The notes beneath the pieces were generated by a model, which saw nothing but the letters and a program-made list of their open reading frames with translations, was not told the origin of the DNA and searched no databases. Below are positions 49,856 through 58,905 of a stretch of DNA of 64,000 nt, in pieces (position 1 is the stretch's first letter; every line of letters starts with the position of its first letter). The stretch spans positions 224,001-288,000 of the forward strand of contig CAXXRD010000002.1 in NCBI GenBank assembly GCA_963663895.2. The letters run 5' to 3'. A program made the translations under genes and the position numbers. Source of the stretch: Dehalococcoidia bacterium (lineage in GTDB: Bacteria > Chloroflexota > Dehalococcoidia > Bin125).

Positions 49856-50824
49856 CTAGGCCAGGGCCATGATAGCGATGCCGCCGATGACGATCAGCGC
49901 GCCCAGCCACAGCCAGCGCGTGACGCGCTCTCCCAGGAAGAGGGCGCCGAAGGCCATGCCGATCAACGGGGAGACGGAGAAGAAGACCGTGAACTCGCCG
50001 GCGCTAATGTGCTGGAGGGACAGCGTGACGAGCACCGCCAGCAGCCCGGTCCCAACGGCGCCGGAGAGCAGGATCCAGGGCAGGCTGCGACGCGGGATCG
50101 ACCAGCGCCGCAGGCTGGATCGGGGTTGGACGAGGGCCACAGTGAAGACGAAGGGCAGCACGACGGGAATGCGCACGCTGGCGGCCGCGGCGGCGTCGAA
50201 CCCTTCCGCCGCGTACCGCAGCAGGACGGAGGCCGCGCCGAAGAGGACGCCCAGGAAGATCGCCAGGCTCAACCCGATGGCGAAGCGGTGCTGGTCGCAG
50301 AAATGGCGCCAGGCGCGGCGCGGCGGGTCGGCAGCGATCGCATCCCGCCGGAGGATGGCCGCCGCGTCGTCCACAGAGATCGCCTCGCTGGGCCGGCCGT
50401 AGTTGGCGACCAGGTACACGCCGGCGAGCACGATGACGGAGCCGATCCCGATGGCGATCGTGACGGCGTCGCCCAGGAAGGTGGCGCCGAAGGCGAACGC
50501 GGCCACGACGGAGACCCCCGTGGTGATCGTGAAGGTGCGACTCAACCCGAAGAGAGGGATCGCGACGGCGTAGAGCGTTTCGCCGATGCCGCTGGCCAGC
50601 AGCCCCTGCGCCAAGAGCAGCCCGACATCCTCGGCGCTCATGCGACCGAACTCGCCGGTCGCGCCGAGCGCCGGGACGGCGATCACGAAGAAGATCGCGG
50701 CCGCCAGCATGCGCAAGGCGCTGAGGGAGTAGGGGTCGACGTGGCGCGCCTGCGCCGACATGACGAGGCTGGCCAGGGCCCAGGCGGCGGCCGTGCCGAG
50801 CGCGGCGGCGATTCCTAGCGCCAT
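49856..50824 (-). CDS. DMT/EamA family transporter
   Basis: About 10 TM in two repeats, FLGE/FLGD motifs. Confidence 0.85.
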   Translation of the reverse strand: MALGIAAALGTAAAWALASLVMSAQARHVDPYSLSALRMLAAAIFFVIAVPALGATGEFGRMSAEDVGLLLAQGLLASGIGETLYAVAIPLFGLSRTFTITTGVSVVAAFAFGATFLGDAVTIAIGIGSVIVLAGVYLVANYGRPSEAISVDDAAAILRRDAIAADPPRRAWRHFCDQHRFAIGLSLAIFLGVLFGAASVLLRYAAEGFDAAAAASVRIPVVLPFVFTVALVQPRSSLRRWSIPRRSLPWILLSGAVGTGLLAVLVTLSLQHISAGEFTVFFSVSPLIGMAFGALFLGERVTRWLWLGALIVIGGIAIMALA

Positions 50825-51008
50825 GGCCTCGGCGTCACCGCGGGATCAGGCGCCCGCCCGGCCCGCGATGGGGAAGCTCTCCATGCGCGCCCTGCCGCCG
50901 CCCGGCATGGACGCCCGCGTGCACCTTCCTCCGCGCTTTCCTTCACGTCTTCCTCAATGACCGCAGCGAAGGAGACCACCCCGCAAGGGGGCGCGACCGG
51001 GGGCGGCT

Positions 51009-51899
51009 TCACCGGATGCGATTCGCGGCCTTGTCCTCGGCGCGCTGCCGTCGCCGGGCTTCCCCGGCGCGGCGGAGCGTCTCGCGGTTCTCCTCGGTGA
51101 CCGCCAGGAAGCGGTCCCGCCAGCCCTGGTCCTCACTCCAGACGGCGGGCGATTGCACCGTCGTGCGGGGCAGCGTCGCGTGCTCCAGCAGGTCCAAGGC
51201 TTGGCCGACGATGGCGTGCTGCATGGCGGCGTCGTAGGGCCGCCCGCAGGAGTTGCCCAGGGGGAAGTCGGTGAAGAGGAAACGGGGCACGCCGCAGTGC
51301 TCGATCACGTCGCGGGCGCTGCCGACGATCACGGTGGGAATCCCGTTCGCCTCGAGGTGGCGCGCCGCCAGTCCAACGGACTGATGACAGACCGGTCAGA
51401 TCGGCACCAGCAGCGCCACGTCCACGCCGTCCTCCCGGCAGCGACGCAGCAAGGCGGGCGCGTCCGTTTCCCGCGTATGGCGCTGCGCGTACTCCGTGGG
51501 GAGCCCGTAGAAGCGGGGCGAGAGCTCGCCGAACCGCCCCAGCGCGCGCCAATCCTGCAGTTGGCGGATCGGGAGGTACGACTCCCGATCGTCCATGTGG
51601 GTCGCCTCGCGGTCCCAGCTCAGATCGTCCGTATAGAGCCGCTCCGGCAGGGCGTCGACCGGCGCGGCATAGACGCGCTTGGGACGCGGCGTATCGCCGC
51701 TGCCGGGATCGAGCGGCATCGCGGTGGTCACCAGCCCCAGCCGGCACTGCGCCAAGGGCTTGCCCAGGGGCGCGAACGGGACGTCGGCGTGGAAGGCGTA
51801 GCGGTAGGGACGCTCGTAGCCGTGCGCCCGGTAGTACTCGCGCGTCCGATCGATGTAGCCGACGAAGGTCGGGTAGGCCGGATCGATCTCCTGCGGCAC
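51009..51899 (-). CDS. GrdB/PrdB-like selenoprotein (Sec at TGA 51396-51398)
   Basis: ORFs 51396-51929 and 51009-51332 are in the same frame; read-through gives VDVALLVPI-U-PVCHQSVGLAARHLEANGIPTV (UxxC); AGGAGG before GTG 51899. Confidence 0.85.
51363..51389 (-). promoter_or_regulatory. Bacterial SECIS-like hairpin
   Basis: TGTCATCAGTCC-GTT-GGACTGGCGGCG; G-first apical loop 18 nt after the UGA. Confidence 0.7.
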
Positions 51900-52088
51900 G
51901 GTCGTCCTCCTGCGGCTCCGCCGGTCCACTCCGCTCAGGGTACGTCACCGCGGCGGCCGGGCGCACGACCCCCACGGCGGCGCTAGGGTGATCGCCATCA
52001 GCGCACGCGCCGACGACGCCCCCGCCGGCAAGCGGAGGGAGGCGATCGCCGAGAATGCCCACGTCATCCGAGGAAGAGGTATGCGGTC

Positions 52089-53255
52089 ATGATCGACTGG
52101 CTTGGGATCGAGCACCTGTTCGAGCTTTCCGGGACGGAAGCGATCGCGGGGTTTTTCACCCCGCTGGCGATCTTCGCCGTGTTTTTCCTGGCGCAGCTCA
52201 TCCTGCCGGCAAGACGGGTGCCTGGCTACGTCGTCGATCCGGCCACCGGTGAACCCCGCCGCTACCGGCTCAACGGCCTGCTGGTGTTCGCCATCGCGCT
52301 GATCGTGTGGGCGACCGAGATCACGGGGATGCCGCGCGACTGGTTCTACCGCTCCTCGATCTACGCGGTGGCCGGCGGCACGCTCTTCACCGCCATCTTC
52401 ACCATCGCAGCGGTGTTCAGTCAGCCACACGCCGGCCGAGCCGGACGGCAGCGGCACGCTGAGATTGGAAATCCGATCCTGGCGCTGTGGGTGGGGCGGG
52501 TCCAGGAGCTGTCGCTCTTCAACAACCGCGTCGACATCAAGATGTATTTCTACGTCGTCGGCGGGACGATGCTGGCGCTCAACGCCCTCTCCGGGGCCGT
52601 GTACCATCACGAGCGCTTCGGCGACGATGCCAATCTCGGCGTGTACCTGTACGCGGCCTTCTTCACCTTCTACGTCCTGGACTACTTCATCTTCGAGCGC
52701 GTCCAGCTCTATACCTACGACCTGATCCACGAGAACCTCGGCTTCAAGCTGTTCTGGGGCGGCCTCGTGGTCTACGGGTGGCTGTTCATCCTCCCGCTGT
52801 GGGGCATGGCCGCCTACCCGGACCCCGGATTCTCGCCGGCCTGGACCTCCGTGTGGCTGATCGGCACGGCGGCGCTGTTCCTGTTCGGCTGGGGCATCTC
52901 GCGCGGCGCCAACCTGCAGAAATACACCTTCAAGCGCTGGCCCGAACGCAAGTTCCTGGGGCTGATCGAGCCCCAGTACATCGAGGCCGGCGACCGCAAG
53001 ATCCTGTGCAGCGGTCTCTGGGGGGTCGCCCGCCACTTCAACTACCTGGGCGAGGGGTTCCTGGCCCTGGCGATCGCTCTGGCCTTCGGCTACTTCGCGA
53101 ATCCCTGGGCCTGGACCTACTTCGCCTTCATCGTCTCGCTGTTCCTTTGGCGGCAACGGGATGACGACAAGCTCTGCGCCGAGAAATACGGCGCCGAGAA
53201 ATGGGCGGAGTACCGGGCGCGGGTGAAGTACCGGATCTTTCCCGGCGTCTATTGA
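52089..53255 (+). CDS. ERG4/ERG24 family sterol reductase
   Basis: LCSGLWGVARHFNYLGE and RDD..CAEKYG..WAEY..RVKYRIFPGVY signatures; multi-TM. Confidence 0.88.
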   Translation: MIDWLGIEHLFELSGTEAIAGFFTPLAIFAVFFLAQLILPARRVPGYVVDPATGEPRRYRLNGLLVFAIALIVWATEITGMPRDWFYRSSIYAVAGGTLFTAIFTIAAVFSQPHAGRAGRQRHAEIGNPILALWVGRVQELSLFNNRVDIKMYFYVVGGTMLALNALSGAVYHHERFGDDANLGVYLYAAFFTFYVLDYFIFERVQLYTYDLIHENLGFKLFWGGLVVYGWLFILPLWGMAAYPDPGFSPAWTSVWLIGTAALFLFGWGISRGANLQKYTFKRWPERKFLGLIEPQYIEAGDRKILCSGLWGVARHFNYLGEGFLALAIALAFGYFANPWAWTYFAFIVSLFLWRQRDDDKLCAEKYGAEKWAEYRARVKYRIFPGVY

Positions 53256-53430
53256 GGGGGCTCCCCGCAGCGCTCACAACGCTCCCGCCCTGCCCGCCGG
53301 GCCGTCTCTTCAAGAGACGTAACCGGCTTGCCGCCGTACGTCTCTCTATGCCAGCGTTTTCTATGCCAGTGTTCTACGCCAACGCCCCCGAACCGGCCGC
53401 CGCCGGATTCGCCAACGACGGGAGAGCCCG

Positions 53431-53808
53431 ATGAGCCAGACGGCAGGGAACCAGCCCTTGGGAAATCAACGCTCCGTTTGGAAGTGGATCCTCCTCGCGA
53501 TCGTGACCTTCAGCTTCGCCACCTACTTCTGGACCTTCGTGACCCACGACGAGCTGCAGCAGTACCGGCGGCAGGGCGTGGGCGCCGGACTCGGATTCAT
53601 CATCTACTTCCTCTTCAGCCCCGCCACGTTCTTCATCCTCCCCATGGAGATCGCCGCCCTCTACACCGAGGATGGCCGGCCCGCTCCCTTCTCTTGGAAG
53701 ATCGGGCTCTGGTTTCTGCTGCCTCTCGTGGGCAACATCATCTGGTTCATGAGCGTGCAGGGAGCCCTCAACGACTTCTGGGGCTCCAAAGGCGCGCCAG
53801 CGGCCTAG
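53431..53808 (+). CDS. DUF4234-like membrane protein
   Basis: RSV...ILL.IVTF..Y.FW...E..., IIW...VQ..LNDFW. Confidence 0.7.
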   Translation: MSQTAGNQPLGNQRSVWKWILLAIVTFSFATYFWTFVTHDELQQYRRQGVGAGLGFIIYFLFSPATFFILPMEIAALYTEDGRPAPFSWKIGLWFLLPLVGNIIWFMSVQGALNDFWGSKGAPAA

Positions 53809-53936
53809 GCTCCGCCGCCGCGCACGCGCCGCCGATCAGGGACCGGGCCGGTTTCGCGCGACCGGGAGAGGACTATGATCACGGCATGGACGCACAGCGG
53901 CGCATGGGGCCGGGGAACGGCCGGAGAGGCGCGCGC

Positions 53937-54944
53937 GTGACGCGATGGATCGCGGTCGCGCTGGCGGTGGCGCTGCTGGCGGGCGCCACGCTGGCGGCCT
54001 GCTCCTCCGGGAAGGACCCGATCGTGTTCAACGATCTGAACTGGGGGAGCGCGCGCTTCCAGAACCGCGTCGCCCAGTACCTCGCGGAGAAGGGCTACGG
54101 TTATCCGACGGATCTGACCTCGGGGCCCACCATTCCGCTGTTCGAGGGCCTGCGGCAGGGCGAGAGCGACGTGACGCTGGAGATCTGGCTGCCCAACCAG
54201 GACGAAGCGTGGGAGGCCGCGCTGGCGGCGGACGAGGTGGTCGAGCTGGGGGAGAGCCTGGGCCGCATCGGGCAATCGGCGTTCACGATTCCCGCCTACG
54301 TGCGGGAGGCGCACCCCGACCTGGACAGCGTGGACGATCTGCAGGAGGCGCGCTTCCGGGCGCTGTTCGCGACGGCGGAGAGCGGAGACAAGGCGCGGCT
54401 GGTCTCGTGTCCGGCGGGCTGGGGCTGCGAGGCGGCCAACGCGAAGCAGATCGAGAGCTACGGCCTCGCGGACGGCATCGAGATCGTCGTGCCCGAGTCG
54501 GAAGCGGCGCTGTTCGCAGACGTGCTCGCGGCGCACGAGCGGGGCGATCCCTGGCTGGGCTACCTCTCGAGCGAGATGCTGCCCTGGCTCAAGCTGGAGA
54601 TGGTGCGGCTGGAGGAACCGCCCTACAGCCACGCGTGCTGGGAGACGACGAAGGCCTGCGGCTACCAGGAAACGGTGATCGTGATCGCGGCCCGGCCCGC
54701 CCTGGTGGAACGCGCGCCCGAGGTGGCGGCGATGCTGCGGCAATGGGACATGAACCTCGATCGCTACCGGGAGGCGGCGATCTGGACGTTCGAGAACGGG
54801 GCGGGCGCGGGCGATGCCGCTCTCTGGTGGCTGCAGGCGAACGGGGAGGTATGGCGCGAGTGGGTGACGGCGGAGGCCGCGTCCCGCATCCAGAAGGCGC
54901 TCGATGCGGGCGAGCGTCCGCAGGGGTGGCCGGAGGAGGAGTAG
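53937..54944 (+). CDS. Glycine betaine/proline ABC substrate-binding lipoprotein (OpuAC/ProX-like)
   Basis: LAAC lipobox, DLNWGS, LEIWLPN, SCPAGWGC, W..WV. Confidence 0.85.
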   Translation: MTRWIAVALAVALLAGATLAACSSGKDPIVFNDLNWGSARFQNRVAQYLAEKGYGYPTDLTSGPTIPLFEGLRQGESDVTLEIWLPNQDEAWEAALAADEVVELGESLGRIGQSAFTIPAYVREAHPDLDSVDDLQEARFRALFATAESGDKARLVSCPAGWGCEAANAKQIESYGLADGIEIVVPESEAALFADVLAAHERGDPWLGYLSSEMLPWLKLEMVRLEEPPYSHACWETTKACGYQETVIVIAARPALVERAPEVAAMLRQWDMNLDRYREAAIWTFENGAGAGDAALWWLQANGEVWREWVTAEAASRIQKALDAGERPQGWPEEE

Positions 54945-55054
54945 AGGCGGCGGCCTTGCACCGGCACAACCTTTTGCTCCATGCGGGGCGGCGTACGGCG
55001 CGCGCGGGAGGGGGATTAGTCCTCACGCTCGGCGAACTGGCGCCACTTCCCTTG

Positions 55055-55102
55055 CTGCTTCCCAAGCAGAGGGTCGCGTGTTCGACCCCCGTCTCCCGCT
55101 CC
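55055..55102 (+). repeat. att-like copy 3 of tRNA-Gly 3' half
   Basis: 47/48 identical to 4539-4586. Confidence 0.93.
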
Positions 55103-55218
55103 GACACTTCCCTCTGAGACACAGGCCGGCCAGGCTGCCAGCGAACCTCCTTCTCCAACCCGACATACACCATGTGAAGTGAATGAAGTTTCTCTCCCGT
55201 GCCAGATCGCCACATGTA

Positions 55219-55237
55219 AGTACATATGTTCTACAAT
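55219..55237 (+). promoter_or_regulatory. Putative LexA (SOS) box abutting a -10 element
   Basis: AGTAC-ATAT-GTTCT (one mismatch to AGAAC-N4-GTTCT) followed by TACAAT at 55232-55237. Confidence 0.55.
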
Positions 55238-55333
55238 GCAAGTAGTGACGATCCTAGCAAGCTATCCATGCCCGAGGCGACGGTTCGGGTTACGCGCACT
55301 AGAGTTGCCGATGACGGAGTGATGGAGACTACT

Positions 55334-56071
55334 GTGAGCGAGCACTCCACGATTGAATGGACTGACGCGACCTGGAACCCCGTTACCGGATGTGCGGTCG
55401 TCTCGCCTGGCTGCGCACACTGCTATGCGAAGACCTTCGCTGAGCGGTTTCGGGGTGTGCCTGGCCACCCCTACGAACAGGGCTTCGACCTCAAGCTCTG
55501 GCCGGAGCGTCTGAACATCCCGCTCACCTGGAGGAAGCCGAAGCGTGTTTTCGTCAACTCGATGTCCGACCTCTTTCACCCGGACGTGCCGACCGACTTC
55601 ATCCAGCAGGTGTTCGACACAATGCAGCACGCGACACAGCACCAGTTCCAGGTGCTCACGAAACGCTCCGAGCGCGCGCGGGAGATCGCACCGTTGCTGC
55701 CGTGGCCCTCGAACATCTGGCTGGGCGTTTCGGTCGAGAACCAGCACTGGACATCCCGCGTAGAAGACCTGCGTCAGATCCCTGCGGCGGTGCGCTTCCT
55801 GTCGTGTGAGCCGCTGCTCGGTCCGCTGAAGCTCAACCTCGACGGCATCCACTGGGTGATTGTCGGTGGCGAGAGCGGCCATCGCGCCCGCCCTATGCGT
55901 GAGGACTGGGCTGCAGAAATCCGCGACCAGTGCGCGCCTGCTGGCGTTGCGTTCTTTCTCAAGCAGCTAGGAGGAAGACGCGGCAAGCGGTCAGGAGCAG
56001 AGGCAACCCTGGACGGACGCCAATGGCGTGAGTATCCAGTAGCGGTGAACCGAGAGCAGCATGTCTCCTAG
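55334..56071 (+). CDS. DUF5131 (phage Gp37/Gp68) three-Cys-motif protein
   Basis: IEWTDATWNPVTGC..VSPGC.HCYA, FVNSMSDLFH, QVLTKR, FLSCEPLL, WVIVGGESG, FFLKQ. Confidence 0.92.
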   Translation: MSEHSTIEWTDATWNPVTGCAVVSPGCAHCYAKTFAERFRGVPGHPYEQGFDLKLWPERLNIPLTWRKPKRVFVNSMSDLFHPDVPTDFIQQVFDTMQHATQHQFQVLTKRSERAREIAPLLPWPSNIWLGVSVENQHWTSRVEDLRQIPAAVRFLSCEPLLGPLKLNLDGIHWVIVGGESGHRARPMREDWAAEIRDQCAPAGVAFFLKQLGGRRGKRSGAEATLDGRQWREYPVAVNREQHVS

Positions 56072-57158
56072 CGGTACCACGTGGACTCTGGAGCCACACA
56101 CAATTGGCAAACACCTGGTACTCAAAGGTTACATGCAAGCGTGGCTGCCAATCATGACTAAGTGGAATGGCCGCATCCTCTTCATTGACGCGTTCGCAGG
56201 GCCAGGCGAATACTCAAGCGGTGAGCCGGGGTCGCCCGTCATTGCGTTGCGTGCCTTGATCGACCATCGTGCCCAGAAGCAGTTCAAGAGTGAAGTGACT
56301 TACCTGTTCGTTGAAAAAGATCCGGCTCGAAGCAAACACTTGAAAAGGGTTCTTGGAAGCTTTGAGGGCCAGTTGCCGTCCAAGTGCAAATACGAAGTCA
56401 TCAACTCCACCTTCGATGAGACACTCACAGATGTTCTCGATAAACTTGAAGCGCAACGAGTCAATTTGGCTCCAGCATTTGTCATGATTGATCCATTCGG
56501 AGTCTCTGAAACTCCTATGAGGATTATCGAAAGGATCTTGCGCAACCCGAAGTCTGAAGTCTATATATCTTTCATGTACGAATCGATAAATAGGTTCAGA
56601 GAACATCCCAGTTTCGAAAAACATCTAGACGATCTCTTCGGATGCCGAGAGTGGCGCAAAGGTATAGACCTGACGGAGGGTAAGGAGAGGAAAGCTTTCT
56701 TTTATGAACTGTATCAAAACCAGCTCAAGACCAACGGTGCCAAATACGTCGTATATTTCGAGCTATACGATGGCGATAGGCTAGTATATGCAATCTTTTT
56801 CGGCACCGATAGTTTGAAAGGTTGCGACAAGATGAAGCAAGCAATTTGGAAAGCTGCTCCATTCGGAGATTTCAAGTTCCGAGGTGGCAAGCTGGGGCAA
56901 CTTACGCTTGGTGAGAACATTGTTGATTTTAGCCTGCTTAAGAGTGACCTGCGCAATCGGTTCACATCAAATGGTTGGCAAAAAATAGAAGATGTCGAGG
57001 ATTTTGTGAAATCCGATGCGACGAACTTTCATTCAGGTCATCTCAAAAACAAGGCCTTGAAGCCTATGGAGGCTCAGGGAGAAATCGAAATATGTCCAGG
57101 TACTCGCAAACGATTACGTACGTATCCACCTGGAACTGTCCTCCGATTCCTCTCGTAG
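56061..57158 (+). CDS. tcmP: Three-Cys-motif partner protein (methyltransferase-like fold + wHTH)
   Basis: HT..KH..L..Y..AW, FIDAFAGPG, MIDPFG, MKQAIWK; overlaps DUF5131; markedly AT-richer. Confidence 0.85.
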   Translation: MSPSGTTWTLEPHTIGKHLVLKGYMQAWLPIMTKWNGRILFIDAFAGPGEYSSGEPGSPVIALRALIDHRAQKQFKSEVTYLFVEKDPARSKHLKRVLGSFEGQLPSKCKYEVINSTFDETLTDVLDKLEAQRVNLAPAFVMIDPFGVSETPMRIIERILRNPKSEVYISFMYESINRFREHPSFEKHLDDLFGCREWRKGIDLTEGKERKAFFYELYQNQLKTNGAKYVVYFELYDGDRLVYAIFFGTDSLKGCDKMKQAIWKAAPFGDFKFRGGKLGQLTLGENIVDFSLLKSDLRNRFTSNGWQKIEDVEDFVKSDATNFHSGHLKNKALKPMEAQGEIEICPGTRKRLRTYPPGTVLRFLS

Positions 57159-57319
57159 TCGCCTATCATCTCGCGTATTGCACTGACGACATCCTTCCAC
57201 GGCTGGGCACCGCCGTGCGGAGCATGATGCGGCTCCGGAAGGGAGTCGGGCGACCTCTCGCTCTTCGCCCGGCTCCCGCTCGCATTCGGCAAGCAACGGT
57301 CGGATAGCCAGGGGGACAC

Positions 57320-57640
57320 GTGAAACGGACGATCGGGGGATTGCTAGCGGGTTGCGCGCTGGTCGCGGCCGCGGCGTGCGGTGCCGGCGACGAGCAGCCC
57401 TACGGCCCGCCGCCGGAGTGGCGCACGGCCGACGGGTCGGTGACGCCAGAGCAGAAGATCGAACTCGACGCGGCCTGGGAAGAAGTGTGGCGCGCACATA
57501 TGGAGCGCGTGCAGCGCGCCGGGGACGGTGCGGCCGCGTGCGAGATCGACAGCGATTACATGTACGGGCTGCGGGTCCCGGAGGGGCTGCAGGCGTACGA
57601 CACGGCGTGCCTTGCCGACGCGGCTGCGGCGCGCGAGTGA
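57320..57640 (+). CDS. Hypothetical lipoprotein
   Basis: AGGGGG SD, MKR + hydrophobic stretch + AAAC lipobox. Confidence 0.6.
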   Translation: MKRTIGGLLAGCALVAAAACGAGDEQPYGPPPEWRTADGSVTPEQKIELDAAWEEVWRAHMERVQRAGDGAAACEIDSDYMYGLRVPEGLQAYDTACLADAAAARE

Positions 57641-58032
57641 TGGAATACACCGCCAACGTCCCGATGGCGCTGATCGCCGCGTGCTCGCCAAACCGGCGCG
57701 ACTGGTCGAGCAGCCGCGATCTGCTGGTCCACGGTTCCGAAAACGCTGGTATCGGCGACCCTGATCGATCTTTTGATTTTGGCTTCTTTACCAATAGCTG
57801 TGACGCAAATTGGCGGTCCCATCGCCAGAACAATGGCATGGGGCTGGAAGCGATCCTCGCCCAAAGATAACCATCACAGCGCGACCACTCCCTGGCTGAG
57901 GGATACGTTCTGGTTGTCAACGCCGCGCGGTGGCGACTACTTTGTTTTGCATGAACCCGTGGCGAACCTGATTGTGCCGCCTTCGTGGCCGGTGGATGAC
58001 CGCTGCGGGCGCCGCCGGTTAGAGTAACCATC

Positions 58033-58905
58033 GTGCAAGCCGTGAAGTACGCGCGCCCGTCCTCCGTCGAAGAGGCGGTGGAGTTGCTGGAGCGGGGCGG
58101 GGCCGGCGCCCGCGTCCTGGCCGGCGGCACCGATCTGATCGTGCTGGCGCGGGAGCGGCGCATCGACGTCGACCTGCTCGTGGACGTGAAGGCGCTGGAA
58201 CCGCTGACGGCGATCCGCTACGACCCAGCGGACGGCCTCACGATCGGCGCGGCGGCGCCCTGCTATCGCATCGCCGCCCATCCGGCGGTGCAAGAGCACT
58301 ATCCCTGCCTGATCGATTGCGCCACGCTGATCGGCGGCGTCGCGATCCAGGGCCGGGCCAGCCTGGGCGGCAACCTCTGCAATGCCTCGCCCGCGGGGGA
58401 CGGCATCCCGGCGCTGATCGCGCTGGGGACGGCGGTCGAGATCGCGGGGCCGGAGGGGCGGCGGACGGTGGCGGCCGAGCAGTTCTGCACGGGTCCGGGA
58501 CGGAACGTGCTGGGGAGCGGCGAGTTCGTGGTGGCGCTGCGGGCGCCGCCGCCGGACGGCCGCGCCGGGGCCGCCTTCCGGCGCTTCATCCCCCGCGGGG
58601 AGATGGATATCGCCGTCACGAACGCGGCCGTCCACCTCCGCTTCGACGGGGACCGGGTCGGCGATGCGCGGGTGGCGGTGGGGGCGGTCGCGCCTAGGCC
58701 GCTGCTGGTCGCGGAGGCGGGCGCGGCGCTGGCCGGGGCGCCGCTGTCGGAAGCGACAATCGAGAAGGCGGCCGCCGCCGCGCGGGCGGCCGCGCGGCCG
58801 ATCGACGACATGCGCGGGACCGTGAAGCAGCGCCGGCACCTGGCCGGGGTGCTGGTGGCGCGCTGCATCCGCATCGCCGCGGAGCGGGCGGGAGTGGGGC
58901 CGTGA
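58033..58905 (+). CDS. Xanthine dehydrogenase family FAD-binding subunit (CoxM-like)
   Basis: LAGGTDL, RASLGGNLCNASPAGD, PIDDMRG. Confidence 0.92.
   Translation: MQAVKYARPSSVEEAVELLERGGAGARVLAGGTDLIVLARERRIDVDLLVDVKALEPLTAIRYDPADGLTIGAAAPCYRIAAHPAVQEHYPCLIDCATLIGGVAIQGRASLGGNLCNASPAGDGIPALIALGTAVEIAGPEGRRTVAAEQFCTGPGRNVLGSGEFVVALRAPPPDGRAGAAFRRFIPRGEMDIAVTNAAVHLRFDGDRVGDARVAVGAVAPRPLLVAEAGAALAGAPLSEATIEKAAAAARAAARPIDDMRGTVKQRRHLAGVLVARCIRIAAERAGVGP

Larger units (their letters stand above)
4588..55102. mobile_element. Composite/tandem genomic island region integrated at tRNA-Gly(CCC), sub-blocks ~4588-21784, 21785-42810, 42811-55102
   Basis: Three direct repeats of the tRNA 3' half starting at or near the anticodon loop; integrase remnant, defence genes and many pseudogenes inside. 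Confidence 0.75.

Noticed and set aside
21740-55102. tRNA-Gly repeats as functional tRNAs or a CRISPR array
   Set aside because: They lack the 5' half and D-arm, are spaced by more than 10 kb, and no cas genes are present
57640-58030. AT-richer segment as the right end of a further island
   Set aside because: No additional att repeat or recognisable gene was found there
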